Positions 19,811 through 28,179 of a stretch of DNA of 64,000 nucleotides are shown piece after piece (the stretch's first letter is position 1; each line of letters starts with the position of its first letter). The notes under the pieces are model-generated. The model had not been told where the DNA came from and searched no databases. It saw only the letters and a program-made list of their open reading frames with translations. The DNA is taken from positions 79,730 to 143,729 of the forward strand of contig CAZOMB010000001.1 in assembly GCA_964581105.1 (NCBI GenBank), in the 5' to 3' direction. The translations under genes and the position numbers were made by a program. The DNA is from Candidatus Micrarchaeota archaeon. GTDB taxonomy: Archaea; Micrarchaeota; Micrarchaeia; Anstonellales; Anstonellaceae.

Positions 19811-19850
19811 CTATTTAAATGTGCTTGCAGTAGTAAATGCGGCGACCAAG
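19811..19850 (+). promoter_or_regulatory. ftsZ2 promoter/leader paralogous to the ftsZ1 promoter (TATA CTATTTAAAT, conserved TTGCAGTA..CGGCGA.CA..ATGGA); the ATG homologous to the ftsZ1 start opens an 8-codon uORF at 19851
   Basis: Base-by-base alignment with 15761-15825 gives ~75% identity including spacing. The ATG at 19851 is followed by an in-frame TAA at 19875. The real ftsZ2 ORF begins 81 nt downstream, in the same frame. Confidence 0.4.
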
Positions 19851-19931
19851 ATGGAATGCTTTGTAACGTCTGAGTAATAATGCAAGGCGTTAGCGGAAGC
19901 ATCATCCAGGTTACAAAACAAAAGATGGGGG

Positions 19932-20987
19932 TTGGGCTATATGTTTGAAAGCGTATCTTCGGAAAAAAAGGAAACAGAAACACTCATGAGCAATGAGGAG
20001 GTAAGAATAGCTGTAATTGGAGTCGGCGGAGCGGGCTGTAACACTGTTGGAAGGATGATGAGAAGCGGGATAAAAAGTGCCCAGACAATCGCTGTTAATA
20101 CTGACCAGCTTCATTTGAAAGTCACAAATGCGCACAAAAGGGTTTTGATTGGCTCAAATATCACAAAAGGGCTTGGGGCAGGAGGATTTCCTGAGGTTGC
20201 CACAAAATGCGCTGAAATGAGCAAAGGAAAACTTACAGAAGTAATTGGCCCCCGTGAACTTGTTTTCATTGCAGCAGGAATGGGAGGAGGCACTGGAACC
20301 GGAGCAGCACCTGTAATTGCAGAGGTTGCAAAAAACCAGGGAGCAACAGTTGTTTCTGTTGTTACAATCCCATTCAGGCTTGAAAGGGCAAGAGTGCAAA
20401 AGGCAAAATGGGGCCTTGAAAGGCTTGCAGCAGTTTCAGACACTGTTATAGTGATTGAAAATGACAGGCTTGTGAATTATGTGCCTAACCTTCCTATCAA
20501 TGATGCATTTAACCTGGCAGACGCAATCACTGGCAAGGCAATTACAGGGATTGCTGACACCATAATGTTCCCGTCACTTATGAACATTGACTTTGCAGAT
20601 GTTAAATCTGTGATGGACAATGGGGGCTTTGCCTTGATTTCAATGGGTGAGGGCAGAGGGCCTGACAGGATTGAGCAGGTTGCAAGAAGCACTCTTGAAA
20701 ACCCTCTGCTTGATGTTTCTGCTGAAGGCGCAAAAGGGGCATTGCTTCACATTGGAGGAGGCCCGCAGCTTACCCTTGGAGAGGGAATTGACATTGGAGA
20801 GAAGATTTCAGAGAGCTTTGACCTGAATGCTGACGTAAAAATAGGCGCAAGGCTTGACCCAACCCTTGGAGACGGGCTTTCAGTAACTGCAATAGTAACT
20901 GGCATACACAACCCATATGCACAAGGGACAGCAAAAGCAGACAAGCAAGCCGAAAAAGTCGTGGAAATGGATGTAATCAACTTCTGA
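19932..20987 (+). CDS. ftsZ: cell division GTPase FtsZ (paralog 2); first ATG at 19941 (the ORF-track start at 19932 is TTG)
   Basis: GVGGAGCNTVGRM and [23 protein letters not shown]; 351 aa. A 48-nt tract within the GGGTGTG region is identical to ftsZ1. Confidence 0.9.
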   Translation: MGYMFESVSSEKKETETLMSNEEVRIAVIGVGGAGCNTVGRMMRSGIKSAQTIAVNTDQLHLKVTNAHKRVLIGSNITKGLGAGGFPEVATKCAEMSKGKLTEVIGPRELVFIAAGMGGGTGTGAAPVIAEVAKNQGATVVSVVTIPFRLERARVQKAKWGLERLAAVSDTVIVIENDRLVNYVPNLPINDAFNLADAITGKAITGIADTIMFPSLMNIDFADVKSVMDNGGFALISMGEGRGPDRIEQVARSTLENPLLDVSAEGAKGALLHIGGGPQLTLGEGIDIGEKISESFDLNADVKIGARLDPTLGDGLSVTAIVTGIHNPYAQGTAKADKQAEKVVEMDVINF

Positions 20988-21028
20988 TTCCACTTTCTTT
21001 TTCTTTATTTTTTCCATCAAAAAGGATA

Positions 21029-21161
21029 GTGGACTGAGGGGGATTTTCAGTCCTTTTTCCAGTTTTTGGTGAAGCTTTTTGCGCCAAAGGCGGAAAAAGG
21101 TTCTTTGAACCCCCGGCCTCGTCGTTGCGAACGACGCGCTCTACCGCTGAGCTATCAGCCC
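21029..21161 (-). tRNA. tRNA-Ala (anticodon CGC) with a ~60-nt intron in the T-loop
   Basis: Minus strand: GGGCUGA-UA-GCUC-AGCGGUA-GAGC-G-CGUCG-UUCGCAA-CGACG-AGGCC-GGGGG-UUCA[intron]AAU-CCCCC-UCAGUCC-A. The G3:U70 pair is the Ala identity element. The intron GAACCUUUUUCCGCCUUUGGCGCAAAAAGCUUCACCAAAAACUGGAAAAAGGACUGAA shares its core with four other tRNA introns in the window. Confidence 0.7.
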
Positions 21162-21224
21162 GTGAATTTGAAATTTGCTTGAAGAGTTTAAAAAGCACTT
21201 CCTCTCTAATAATATCGTGTTCAC

Positions 21225-21869
21225 ATGAAAGTCGCTGTTTTGTTTTCAGGGGGCAAGGACTCTGTTTTTGCTGCGTTTTGCTGCCTTTTTTCTGGCTGGG
21301 AGCCAATTCTTCTTACTATTGAGCCTGAAAAGCACTCAACTATGTTCCATCATCCTAATGTAAAATGGTGCAAAAACCAGGCAAAAGCCATGAAACTTCC
21401 AATAGTCAGCATAAAGGCTGATGGAAAAGGGGAAGAAAAAGAGCTTCTTGCAATGAAAAATGCCCTCAAGAAACTGAAAGTACAGGGAGTTGTGTCAGGG
21501 GCAATTGAAAGTGAGTACCAAAAGCAGAGGATTGGCAAAGTGGCGCATGAGCTTGGCATAACAAGCTTTTGCCCTGTCTGGAGGACTGGCAAAGCTTTGC
21601 TTGAAGAGCAGTGCAAATACTTTGAAACTTATTTGGTTTCTGTTGCTGCACAAGGGCTTGGCAAAGGGATGCTTACTAAGAGGTTTGATGCTGACTTTGT
21701 TGAGAAGCTTGGGAAACTAAAGCCTCAGGTCGCAAAAAACCTTGAAGGGGGGGAAGGCGAGACATTTGTTGCAAATGCCCCATTCTTCAAAAAAAGGCTG
21801 AAAATAAAAAAATGGAAAACCTCGTTTGACGGCTCTCAGGGGGCTGCAGAAATTTCCAAATTAACCTGA
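21225..21869 (+). CDS. PP-loop ATP pyrophosphatase (MJ0570/diphthine-ammonia-ligase-like, COG2102 family)
   Basis: N-terminal PP-loop VAVLFSGGKDS; C-terminal EGGEGETFVANAPFFKKRLKI resembles the MJ0570-family motif; 214 aa. Confidence 0.55.
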   Translation: MKVAVLFSGGKDSVFAAFCCLFSGWEPILLTIEPEKHSTMFHHPNVKWCKNQAKAMKLPIVSIKADGKGEEKELLAMKNALKKLKVQGVVSGAIESEYQKQRIGKVAHELGITSFCPVWRTGKALLEEQCKYFETYLVSVAAQGLGKGMLTKRFDADFVEKLGKLKPQVAKNLEGGEGETFVANAPFFKKRLKIKKWKTSFDGSQGAAEISKLT

Positions 21870-22517
21870 TTTTCCTGCTATTGACTCAAGCTTGTCTATT
21901 ATCCCATTAAGCTCCTGGCCATATGCTGCTCTTACGCTTATTGATGAGGAAAATATTGCCTCTACTGGGAGCTCCTTTTTCAAATGAATTGTATTGTCGC
22001 CAAATGCTGTTTCGCTTGATATTGGTATTGTTGCCTTTATCGGCACGTTTTCATCAAGGAAAAAGGAAACAGGCTGGCCAGTGCTGCTTATGCCGACAAC
22101 CTGTGCGTCAACTGGTATTACAAAGTCTAAAGGCAAATCAAATGTTTTTGGGAAAAGGTCCTTTATTGGGTATTGCCTGTCAAGAACAATTGTTGTTTGC
22201 ACTGGGGCAGACATTGTTATATCCCTGTCCTGCAGGGCCTTGAGGTCTTCTGCTATGCCAAGAAGCTTTTCTTTTTGCGACTCTGAAAGCTGCTTGTCTG
22301 CAAAAAATGCCCCATAAAAGCTGGCAAGTGCAATGACAAGCGCAATTGCTGCCAAAAGAAGCGGAAGGTTGCTTTCTGCAGGAAACTGCATCCTTTGTTG
22401 TGGTTGTGGGCTTTTCTGCCCGCCTGCAGGCGGAGAATAAGAATAAGGCTTGCTCTCTGCTTTCCCTGTGTTGCTTGAAAATCTGCTTGGAAGGGTTGAA
22501 ACCATGAATACCACCAA
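21861..22517 (-). CDS. hypothetical membrane-anchored protein
   Basis: Pro/Gln/Ser-rich N-terminus, a single TM helix (LPLLLAAIALVIALASFYGAFF), then a coiled-coil-like segment. No known motif. Confidence 0.4.
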   Translation of the reverse strand: MVVFMVSTLPSRFSSNTGKAESKPYSYSPPAGGQKSPQPQQRMQFPAESNLPLLLAAIALVIALASFYGAFFADKQLSESQKEKLLGIAEDLKALQDRDITMSAPVQTTIVLDRQYPIKDLFPKTFDLPLDFVIPVDAQVVGISSTGQPVSFFLDENVPIKATIPISSETAFGDNTIHLKKELPVEAIFSSSISVRAAYGQELNGIIDKLESIAGKSG

Positions 22518-22576
22518 GCAGATTCCTCAGGGGAGGATTATAAATGTTAAGTGAGGATTTTTTGCGAGGGGTTTGT

Positions 22577-22855
22577 ATGCCAAAAATAGTTTTCAAAAGC
22601 GACGGAAAGGAAATAGAGGTTGAAAAAGGAACGCCGCTGGTTCAGGCTGCAGAGGATGCCGGCGCAAGCATAACATTTTCATGCAAGGCAGGTGTATGCG
22701 TTTCATGTATCATAAATGTAGTCAAAGGAATGGAAAACTTAGGGGAGAAAACCGAGAATGAAAAGGCCACTTTGGAAGGGTTTGGGGCAAAGCCAAACCA
22801 GAGGCTTGCCTGCCAGTGCACAGTGAACGGCGACGTGGAAATTGAGAATCCGTAA
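22577..22855 (+). CDS. [2Fe-2S] ferredoxin-like protein
   Basis: CKAGVCVSC (C-x4-C-x2-C) plus a distal ..ACQC.. cysteine, with a beta-grasp-like layout; the start MPKIVFKSDGKEIEV is inferred. Confidence 0.55.
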   Translation: MPKIVFKSDGKEIEVEKGTPLVQAAEDAGASITFSCKAGVCVSCIINVVKGMENLGEKTENEKATLEGFGAKPNQRLACQCTVNGDVEIENP

Positions 22856-22966
22856 TTTTTTGCTTTTGCTTTTCTGAACTGTTTTAAACTCTTCTTAGCC
22901 TAACTTCCACCATGCCGAGTTGGCAGTTATAGTGCTGAGGCACTGCCTGCCAACATCGTCAAAATT

Positions 22967-23050
22967 GCCGAGTTGGCAGAATCCGGTATTGCGCTAGACT
23001 TGAGATCTAGTGCCCTTCGGGGCTTAGGAGTTCGAATCTCCTACTCGGCG
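22967..23050 (+). tRNA. tRNA-Ser (anticodon UGA), intron-less, type II
   Basis: GCCGAGU-UG-GCAG..CCGGU..-CUAGA-CUUGAGA-UCUAG, long variable arm UGCCCUUCGGGGCU, T arm AGGAG-UUCGAAU-CUCCU, acceptor 3' ACUCGGC-G. A T-run follows. A 14-nt direct repeat of its 5' end (UGCCGAGUUGGCAG) lies 53 nt upstream, at 22913-22926. Confidence 0.75.
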
Positions 23051-23053
23051 TTT

Positions 23054-23812
23054 TTATTTGAAAGGCTTGCTTTTCTTCCAGAATTCCTCAAAATAGGCCA
23101 TAAAGCTATCTGCAACCTCCTGGCTAACTATCTCTATTGTTATTGGCTTTGAAGAAATTACGCAAATTGCTGCAGTGTCCTTGTAGCACATGTACCAGGT
23201 AGGGCTGTTCAGCTCTATTGGCATGTACCTGGCTTCATTTCCCTTGAAGCTGTTCCTGTTAACAAGCACTTTTCTCAAGGTTTTTGGATGGAAAAGCATC
23301 TTGCTTTTTATGCCTGCCTTTATTCTCCTTAAATGGTCGCGCTGCCAGTATGCATGGTGCGCCTCTGGCTGGCCATAATGAATCCCAAAGTAAACATAGG
23401 TTTCCCCCCTTTTCAGCTTCTGGTATGTGTGCTCATGGGCAGTTATCATGCCTTTCATGCCCTCATAGATTGTTACTTTGCTCCTTTCCCCTAAATTCTG
23501 CAATGCTGCAAATGAAGGCATCTGCTTTTCAAGCTCTTTGTGGCACAACACCATTTCCTGTTGCTTCTTGCCAATATAATCAAGAAGCTGGTTTGGGGCA
23601 GAAGCCTGGTAATATTTTATCTTTCTCTTTATTATGTGAGAAACAAGCCCTTTTTCTGTAAGGCGTGAAAGTATCTGGTATATTATTGAGCGGGAAACGC
23701 CTGCCTTTTGGGCTGCCTTGCCTGCTGATGAAAGGCCTGCCTCAAGCAAAGCAAGATATACTTTTGATTCGCCGCCTGTAAGCCCTGCTTTTTTGAGAAG
23801 ATCTTCCCTCAT
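23054..23812 (-). CDS. TrmB-family transcriptional regulator
   Basis: N-terminal winged HTH LTGGESKVYLALLEAGLSSAGKAAQKAGVSRSIIYQILSRLTEKGLV is typical of TrmB; 252 aa with a C-terminal sensor-like domain. Confidence 0.7.
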   Translation of the reverse strand: MREDLLKKAGLTGGESKVYLALLEAGLSSAGKAAQKAGVSRSIIYQILSRLTEKGLVSHIIKRKIKYYQASAPNQLLDYIGKKQQEMVLCHKELEKQMPSFAALQNLGERSKVTIYEGMKGMITAHEHTYQKLKRGETYVYFGIHYGQPEAHHAYWQRDHLRRIKAGIKSKMLFHPKTLRKVLVNRNSFKGNEARYMPIELNSPTWYMCYKDTAAICVISSKPITIEIVSQEVADSFMAYFEEFWKKSKPFK

Positions 23813-23925
23813 GAAAGTGGTTTGTCTTTAGACCTATTTAATGCTTTGCATAATGTGCACCAGTGGTGGTGTGCTATTATATAAATATAAGGCAGGTGAA
23901 ATTAAGTGTTAGGAGAAGGATTTAT

Positions 23926-24714
23926 ATGGATACAACAGCAGAGAAAACCGCTGTGCTTGCAGCCCTTGAAAGAGCATGGGCAGGCACTTGCAGGGTTGTG
24001 CTCATGGGAGAGGTTGGGCCATTGATGGAATTTGAGCCTTACTTAACTAGGAGGAAGGAGAAGTGCAGGCTTGAAAAGTCATTAATATCTGGAAAGCGGG
24101 TTGCAGTGATTGGCACTTACCCAAAAGGAAGCAGATTCATATCTGACAAAGAGGCTAAACAATACCTGGAAAAAACCAAGGGCATGAAGCTGGACATAAA
24201 TTCAGTAAAAGACATTGACTCTGCTATTGGAGCATTCTCAGAAATTGCAGCATATGCAGGAGATGTAGTGCTTGGAAGGTCATACGGGGTTTTGGAATCA
24301 ACAAAAGTTGTTGAGTCAAGCTATGTGTTTAGCTCATCTGATGCGATTTACAGCAAGTTCATAGCATTCACGCAAATAGCCAAATACTCTGAAAATGTTT
24401 TTGGATGCATAAGCGCTGGAAAAAACTCCCGCTTTGCAATAGCCTGCGCAGAGTCTTATGAGTCTGCACGAACATTTGAGTGCTTTTATGTGTACCATGC
24501 TTCAGACTGCGTTTACAGTGCAAACGTTGAAAACTGCCAGGACTGCATTTTCAGCTTTAACTTAAGGGGAAAGAGGAGGTGCATTGGCAACCTTGAGCTT
24601 GCCCCTGACAAATACAGGCAGTTAAAGGAAAAGCTGCTCTCAGAGGCAAGGCAAATGCTGTCGGAAAAGAAGAGCCTGCCATCAATATATGACATTGTGA
24701 GGGGAAAAACATGA
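23926..24714 (+). CDS. Cys-rich family paralog C, N-terminal module (split gene, part 1)
   Basis: Aligns along its length with the N-terminal halves of paralogs A and B (ERAWAGTCRVVLMGEVGPLMEFEPYL, INSVKDIDSAI, YAGDVVLGRS, CQDCIFSFNLRGKRRCIGNLELAPDKYRQLKEKL). It ends in the inter-module linker with a TGA that overlaps the next ATG (ATGA). Confidence 0.6.
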   Translation: MDTTAEKTAVLAALERAWAGTCRVVLMGEVGPLMEFEPYLTRRKEKCRLEKSLISGKRVAVIGTYPKGSRFISDKEAKQYLEKTKGMKLDINSVKDIDSAIGAFSEIAAYAGDVVLGRSYGVLESTKVVESSYVFSSSDAIYSKFIAFTQIAKYSENVFGCISAGKNSRFAIACAESYESARTFECFYVYHASDCVYSANVENCQDCIFSFNLRGKRRCIGNLELAPDKYRQLKEKLLSEARQMLSEKKSLPSIYDIVRGKT

Positions 24715-25478
24715 GGGAAATAGAAAAGAACTTTGAAACTGTGGCTTCAGTCATACTGGGAAAGCCAGTTGGCCAGCTTCAGGACTATGAAGAGTGGCTG
24801 CTTTCCTGTTCTCCAGAGGCAAGGATAGTTGAAAAAAAGTCAGTTGATAGTGGAAAAAGCGTATACTCATGCTCTGCCCCTTTCTTTTTGGACCTTGGTG
24901 ACAGGGTGGTAAGGGTTGATGAAGCCCTGAAAAGAGGGCAAATGAAGCTTGGCGAAAAGGATGTCAATTCACTTTCCATTTCCAATGCTCCAAAGCTCCT
25001 TTCAGAAATAAGCATAACAACCCCTGAGATAGTTTACGGGGAGAACTTTGGAACTGAAGAATGCTCTGCATATGGCCCGACTCAGCAATGCTTTAGGACA
25101 ACTACATGCTGGTTTTGCAAGCACATAGCATACAGCTACTGGACAAGGACCAGCAACAACTGTTTTGGCTGCTCGCTTGTGACAGACTGTTCATTTTGCA
25201 TAAAGTGCTACAACTCAACAAAGCTTTTGCGCTGCTTAGAGGTAGATACTAGCAACAGCTGTGCAGACTGCCTGTTTTGCCATAACTGCGAAAATCTTTC
25301 TAACTGCATGTTCTGCTTTAATGTGAAAAATTTGAGGTATGCTGTTGGAAATCAGGTGGTTGGGAAAGAGGAATACCTTAGGATAAGGGGCATCTTGTGC
25401 AGCAATATACTTGAAAGCCTTGAGAAAAAGAAAAAGTTTGACCTTAGCATCTACAACATTGGATGCAGGAAGAATTAG
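24711..25478 (+). CDS. Cys-rich family paralog C, C-terminal module (split gene, part 2)
   Basis: Aligns with the C-terminal halves of paralogs A and B (FETVASVILGKPVGQLQDYEEWLL; CADCLFCHNCENLSNCMFCFNVKNLRYAVGNQVVGKEEY; ..LSIYNIGC). Confidence 0.6.
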   Translation: MREIEKNFETVASVILGKPVGQLQDYEEWLLSCSPEARIVEKKSVDSGKSVYSCSAPFFLDLGDRVVRVDEALKRGQMKLGEKDVNSLSISNAPKLLSEISITTPEIVYGENFGTEECSAYGPTQQCFRTTTCWFCKHIAYSYWTRTSNNCFGCSLVTDCSFCIKCYNSTKLLRCLEVDTSNSCADCLFCHNCENLSNCMFCFNVKNLRYAVGNQVVGKEEYLRIRGILCSNILESLEKKKKFDLSIYNIGCRKN

Positions 25479-25479
25479 C

Positions 25480-25785
25480 TTATTCAAGAGAGATTTTCAC
25501 CTGTACATTGTCAGGCACGCGCACTCTCATTATCTGCCTTAGGGTTCTTTCATCCCCAGCAACGTCAATAATGCGCTTGTGGACCCTCATCTGCCAGTGC
25601 TCATAAGTGTCTGAGCCGTCTCCGCACGGGGTCCTTCTGGTTGTGATTTCAAGCTTTTTGGTGGGAAGCGGAACTGGGCCTTTTATTTCAACTCCTGTCA
25701 TTCTTGCAATTTCAACTATTTGCTTGCATACTTCCTCAAGCTCCTCAGGCGACTTGCCAATCAGCTTGATTCTTGCTTTTCCCAT
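25480..25785 (-). CDS. rps10: 30S ribosomal protein S10 (uS10)
   Basis: MGKARIKLIGKSPEELEEVCKQIVEIARMTGVEIKGPVPLPTKKLEITTRRTPCGDGSDTYEHWQMRVHKRIIDV matches the archaeal uS10. Lies immediately downstream of tuf. Confidence 0.9.
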   Translation of the reverse strand: MGKARIKLIGKSPEELEEVCKQIVEIARMTGVEIKGPVPLPTKKLEITTRRTPCGDGSDTYEHWQMRVHKRIIDVAGDERTLRQIMRVRVPDNVQVKISLE

Positions 25786-25899
25786 GAAAATTTCCCCTGG
25801 AAATTTTCAGACATGCCCAAGGGCATGCTGATCAATCCACCAATCGCTGTTCCAATCCTTTTGACCGGACACAACCAAAAAATCCATAAAATAAAAAAT

Positions 25900-27168
25900 T
25901 TACGCCTTTGGAGTTACATCAAGCACAACGCCTGCTGCAACTGTCTGGCCCATGTCCCTGATTGCAAACCTGCCAAGCGGAGGGAATTCTGAGAATTTTT
26001 CCACAACTACTGGCTTGAGTGGCTTGATTTTCACTATTGCCACATCCCCTGACTTGAGAAAGTCTGGGTTTTTTGCAACAGTCTGGCCTGTTTTTGGGTC
26101 TTTTTTCTCCAAAAGCTCCACAAATGTTGCTGCTATCTGAGATGTGTGCAAGTGGAACACAGGAGTATAGCCCTTTCCAATTGCTGTTGGATGCTCAAGA
26201 ACAACTATTTGTGCCTTGAATTCAGCTGCAACTGTTGGCGGCTTGTCAACAGGGCCTACGACCTCTCCCCTTCTGACATCCTTTTTGTCGACGTTCTTTA
26301 CATTAAAGCCAACATTGTCACCAGGCTTTGCCTCTTGCATCTCCTGGTGGTGCATTTCAATTTTCTTTACTTCGCCTTTTGCGCCAGAAGGCATGAAAAC
26401 AACGTTCTGGTTGATTTTTAGAACTCCTGTCTCAACCCTTCCTACTGGCACTGTTCCATGCCCTGTGATTGTAAACACGTCCTGCACCGGGAGCCTGAGG
26501 GGCTTGTCAACAGGCTTTTCAGGCGCAATAAACTTGTCAAATGCCTCAAGCAGACTCGGGCCTGCATACCAGGCCATGTCCTTTGACTTTTCCTTGATGT
26601 TTGCCCCTGTGAAGCCAGAAATAGGTATTATTGGCACGCCATCCATCTTATAGCCAATGTTCTTGAGAAGGGTGGTGATGTTCATTTTCACCTCGTCAAA
26701 CTTCACATGGTCATAGTTGATTGCATCCATTTTGTTGACTGCAACTATTATCTGGTTGATTCCAAGCACTTTTGACAGGAAAGCATGCTCTTTTGTCTGT
26801 GCCTGCACTCCTTCCTTTGCAGAGCAGACAATGACAGCTGCGTCTGCCTGTGATGCGCCTGTAATCATGTTTTTTACAAAGTCCCTGTGGCCAGGGGCAT
26901 CAATGATTGTAAAGTAGTGCTTGTTTGTTTGGAACTCCTTGTGCGTAAGGTCAATTGTCACTCCTCTTTCCCTTTCTTCCTTGAGGGTGTCCATGGTAAA
27001 GGCAAACTCAAAGGTTGCCTTTCCTACCTTTTCTGCCTCTTCTTTGAGCTTTCTTAGCTGCTGCTCAGTAAGAGCCCCTGTCTCATACAGTATTCTTCCA
27101 ACTGTAGTTGACTTGCCATGGTCCACGTGCCCGATAAATATCAGGTTAATGTGCTCTTTTTCTGCCAT
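25900..27168 (-). CDS. tuf: translation elongation factor 1-alpha (aEF-1alpha)
   Basis: [32 protein letters not shown]-motifs; 422 aa. Confidence 0.95.
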   Translation of the reverse strand: MAEKEHINLIFIGHVDHGKSTTVGRILYETGALTEQQLRKLKEEAEKVGKATFEFAFTMDTLKEERERGVTIDLTHKEFQTNKHYFTIIDAPGHRDFVKNMITGASQADAAVIVCSAKEGVQAQTKEHAFLSKVLGINQIIVAVNKMDAINYDHVKFDEVKMNITTLLKNIGYKMDGVPIIPISGFTGANIKEKSKDMAWYAGPSLLEAFDKFIAPEKPVDKPLRLPVQDVFTITGHGTVPVGRVETGVLKINQNVVFMPSGAKGEVKKIEMHHQEMQEAKPGDNVGFNVKNVDKKDVRRGEVVGPVDKPPTVAAEFKAQIVVLEHPTAIGKGYTPVFHLHTSQIAATFVELLEKKDPKTGQTVAKNPDFLKSGDVAIVKIKPLKPVVVEKFSEFPPLGRFAIRDMGQTVAAGVVLDVTPKA

Positions 27169-27358
27169 TTACATGCACCTCCAAATTTGCATAAACATTA
27201 CTTTGACCAAAACTTGACTCAACGTCAGTATTTAAGCCGAAGCAGGCTATATATTAGGGGTTGATTTTATAAACGTTGCGTAGGCGTGACAGAAGAGGGC
27301 TCATTTCTTTTTCTTCAGAGTGGAACTCGCTTCGCTCGCTCCACTTCAGAGAAAATCC

Positions 27359-27814
27359 TTAGGATTTTTTCTTGCCAAAGTTCCCTCTTGGCTTTGGGGC
27401 TTTTATCTCTGGGAATGTTTTGGAGAGGGTTTGCCTGTCCAAATTGGTTTTAAAGCCCAAGGAGTCAAGCATGCTTTTTACAAGGTAGTTTTCTGCTATT
27501 GGCAAATGCGCTGGGGTTGGGCATGCTGCCAAAAGCTCATTTTTCAGTTCAGTTGGCTTAAGTGTTGAGAGAGACTCAGAAAGAGATGTGAATGATTTTC
27601 TTTTTCCTTTAGTGAGCTTTTCTGCCATGGCTTCTATCTTTTGCTGGTTTATCCCAGTGAATTCATATGATTTCCTGCTCATTGTCTCTTCTATTCCTGC
27701 AAGTATTGCTGCTACTTCCTGGGGCGTTGTATTTTCCTCAATAAGTAGCTTTTTTATTACCATCCAGTCCTTGTAGCGGGCAGTGAATATTACTTCTTCA
27801 CTCATTGGCGGCAC
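27359..27814 (-). CDS. hypothetical protein (151 aa)
   Basis: ORF with coding-like composition, between eL40 and tuf on the same strand. No recognisable motif. Confidence 0.35.
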   Translation of the reverse strand: MPPMSEEVIFTARYKDWMVIKKLLIEENTTPQEVAAILAGIEETMSRKSYEFTGINQQKIEAMAEKLTKGKRKSFTSLSESLSTLKPTELKNELLAACPTPAHLPIAENYLVKSMLDSLGFKTNLDRQTLSKTFPEIKAPKPRGNFGKKKS

Positions 27815-27967
27815 CTTACTTTTTGACCCTGATGTCCTTTCTCTTTGGCCTCATCCACTTTGAGCCGCATTTCCTGCACTTTTCTGCTCCTCTCTTGTTC
27901 CTTGACTTGCATTTGCGGCATATGAATATGTTCATTATCTCTGCGTCTGCTTCTGGAAACTTACCCA
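27815..27967 (-). CDS. rpl40e: 50S ribosomal protein L40e (eL40), 50 aa; not in the ORF track (below length cutoff)
   Basis: Hand translation of the minus strand gives MGKFPEADAEIMNIFICRKCKSRNKRGAEKCRKCGSKWMRPKRKDIRVKK. This matches the eL40 pattern FPEA..I....IC.KC.ARN.....KCRKCG...RPK. Confidence 0.65.
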
Positions 27968-28027
27968 TGCTTTCACCTGTGTTTGTGTTTTCTTTTTACC
28001 AAAGTTTAAATGCTTATGCACGAACAA

Positions 28028-28157
28028 AGAAAGGTATGCCCCTGTAGCTCATCGGTAGAGCGGCTGCCTTGTAAGCAGCAGGTAGTGGGTTCAATGGACC
28101 TTTTTCGGGATGCCTAAAAAGCTCCACCAAAAAGGTCTGAAAATCCCATCGGGGGCT
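28028..28157 (+). tRNA. tRNA-Thr (anticodon UGU) with a ~47-nt T-loop intron
   Basis: GCCCCUG-UA-GCUC-AUCGGUA-GAGC-G-GCUGC-CUUGUAA-GCAGC-AGGUA-GUGGG-UUCA[AUGGACCUUUUUCGGGAUGCCUAAAAAGCUCCACCAAAAAGGUCUGAA]AAU-CCCAU-CGGGGGC-U, then a T-run. The intron termini (GGACCUUUUU / AAAAAGGUCU) are complementary. Confidence 0.7.
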
Positions 28158-28179
28158 TTTTTTCCCTAGTGAAGACCTT

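Noticed and set aside
22870-23060. Integrated mobile element at tRNA-Ser
   Set aside because: A direct repeat of the tRNA 5' end exists, but there is no integrase, transposase or other mobile-element gene in the flanks. It is reported only as an unexplained duplication.
25795-25870. Possible box C/D sRNA between rps10 and tuf (UGAUCA ... CUGA)
   Set aside because: The C box has a mismatch (UGAUCA rather than UGAUGA), no C'/D' boxes, and the spacing is too short for a guide region; most likely just 5' UTR.
28091-28150. Apparent intergenic repeat/MITE-like motif tttttggtgaagctttttaggcaccccaaaaaagg, recurring at 21061, 31331, 37431 and 40271
   Set aside because: Not free-standing repeats. Each copy sits inside the T-loop of a tRNA gene and is interpreted as intron sequence (see findings). 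Only the 36121-36146 partial copy is outside a tRNA.
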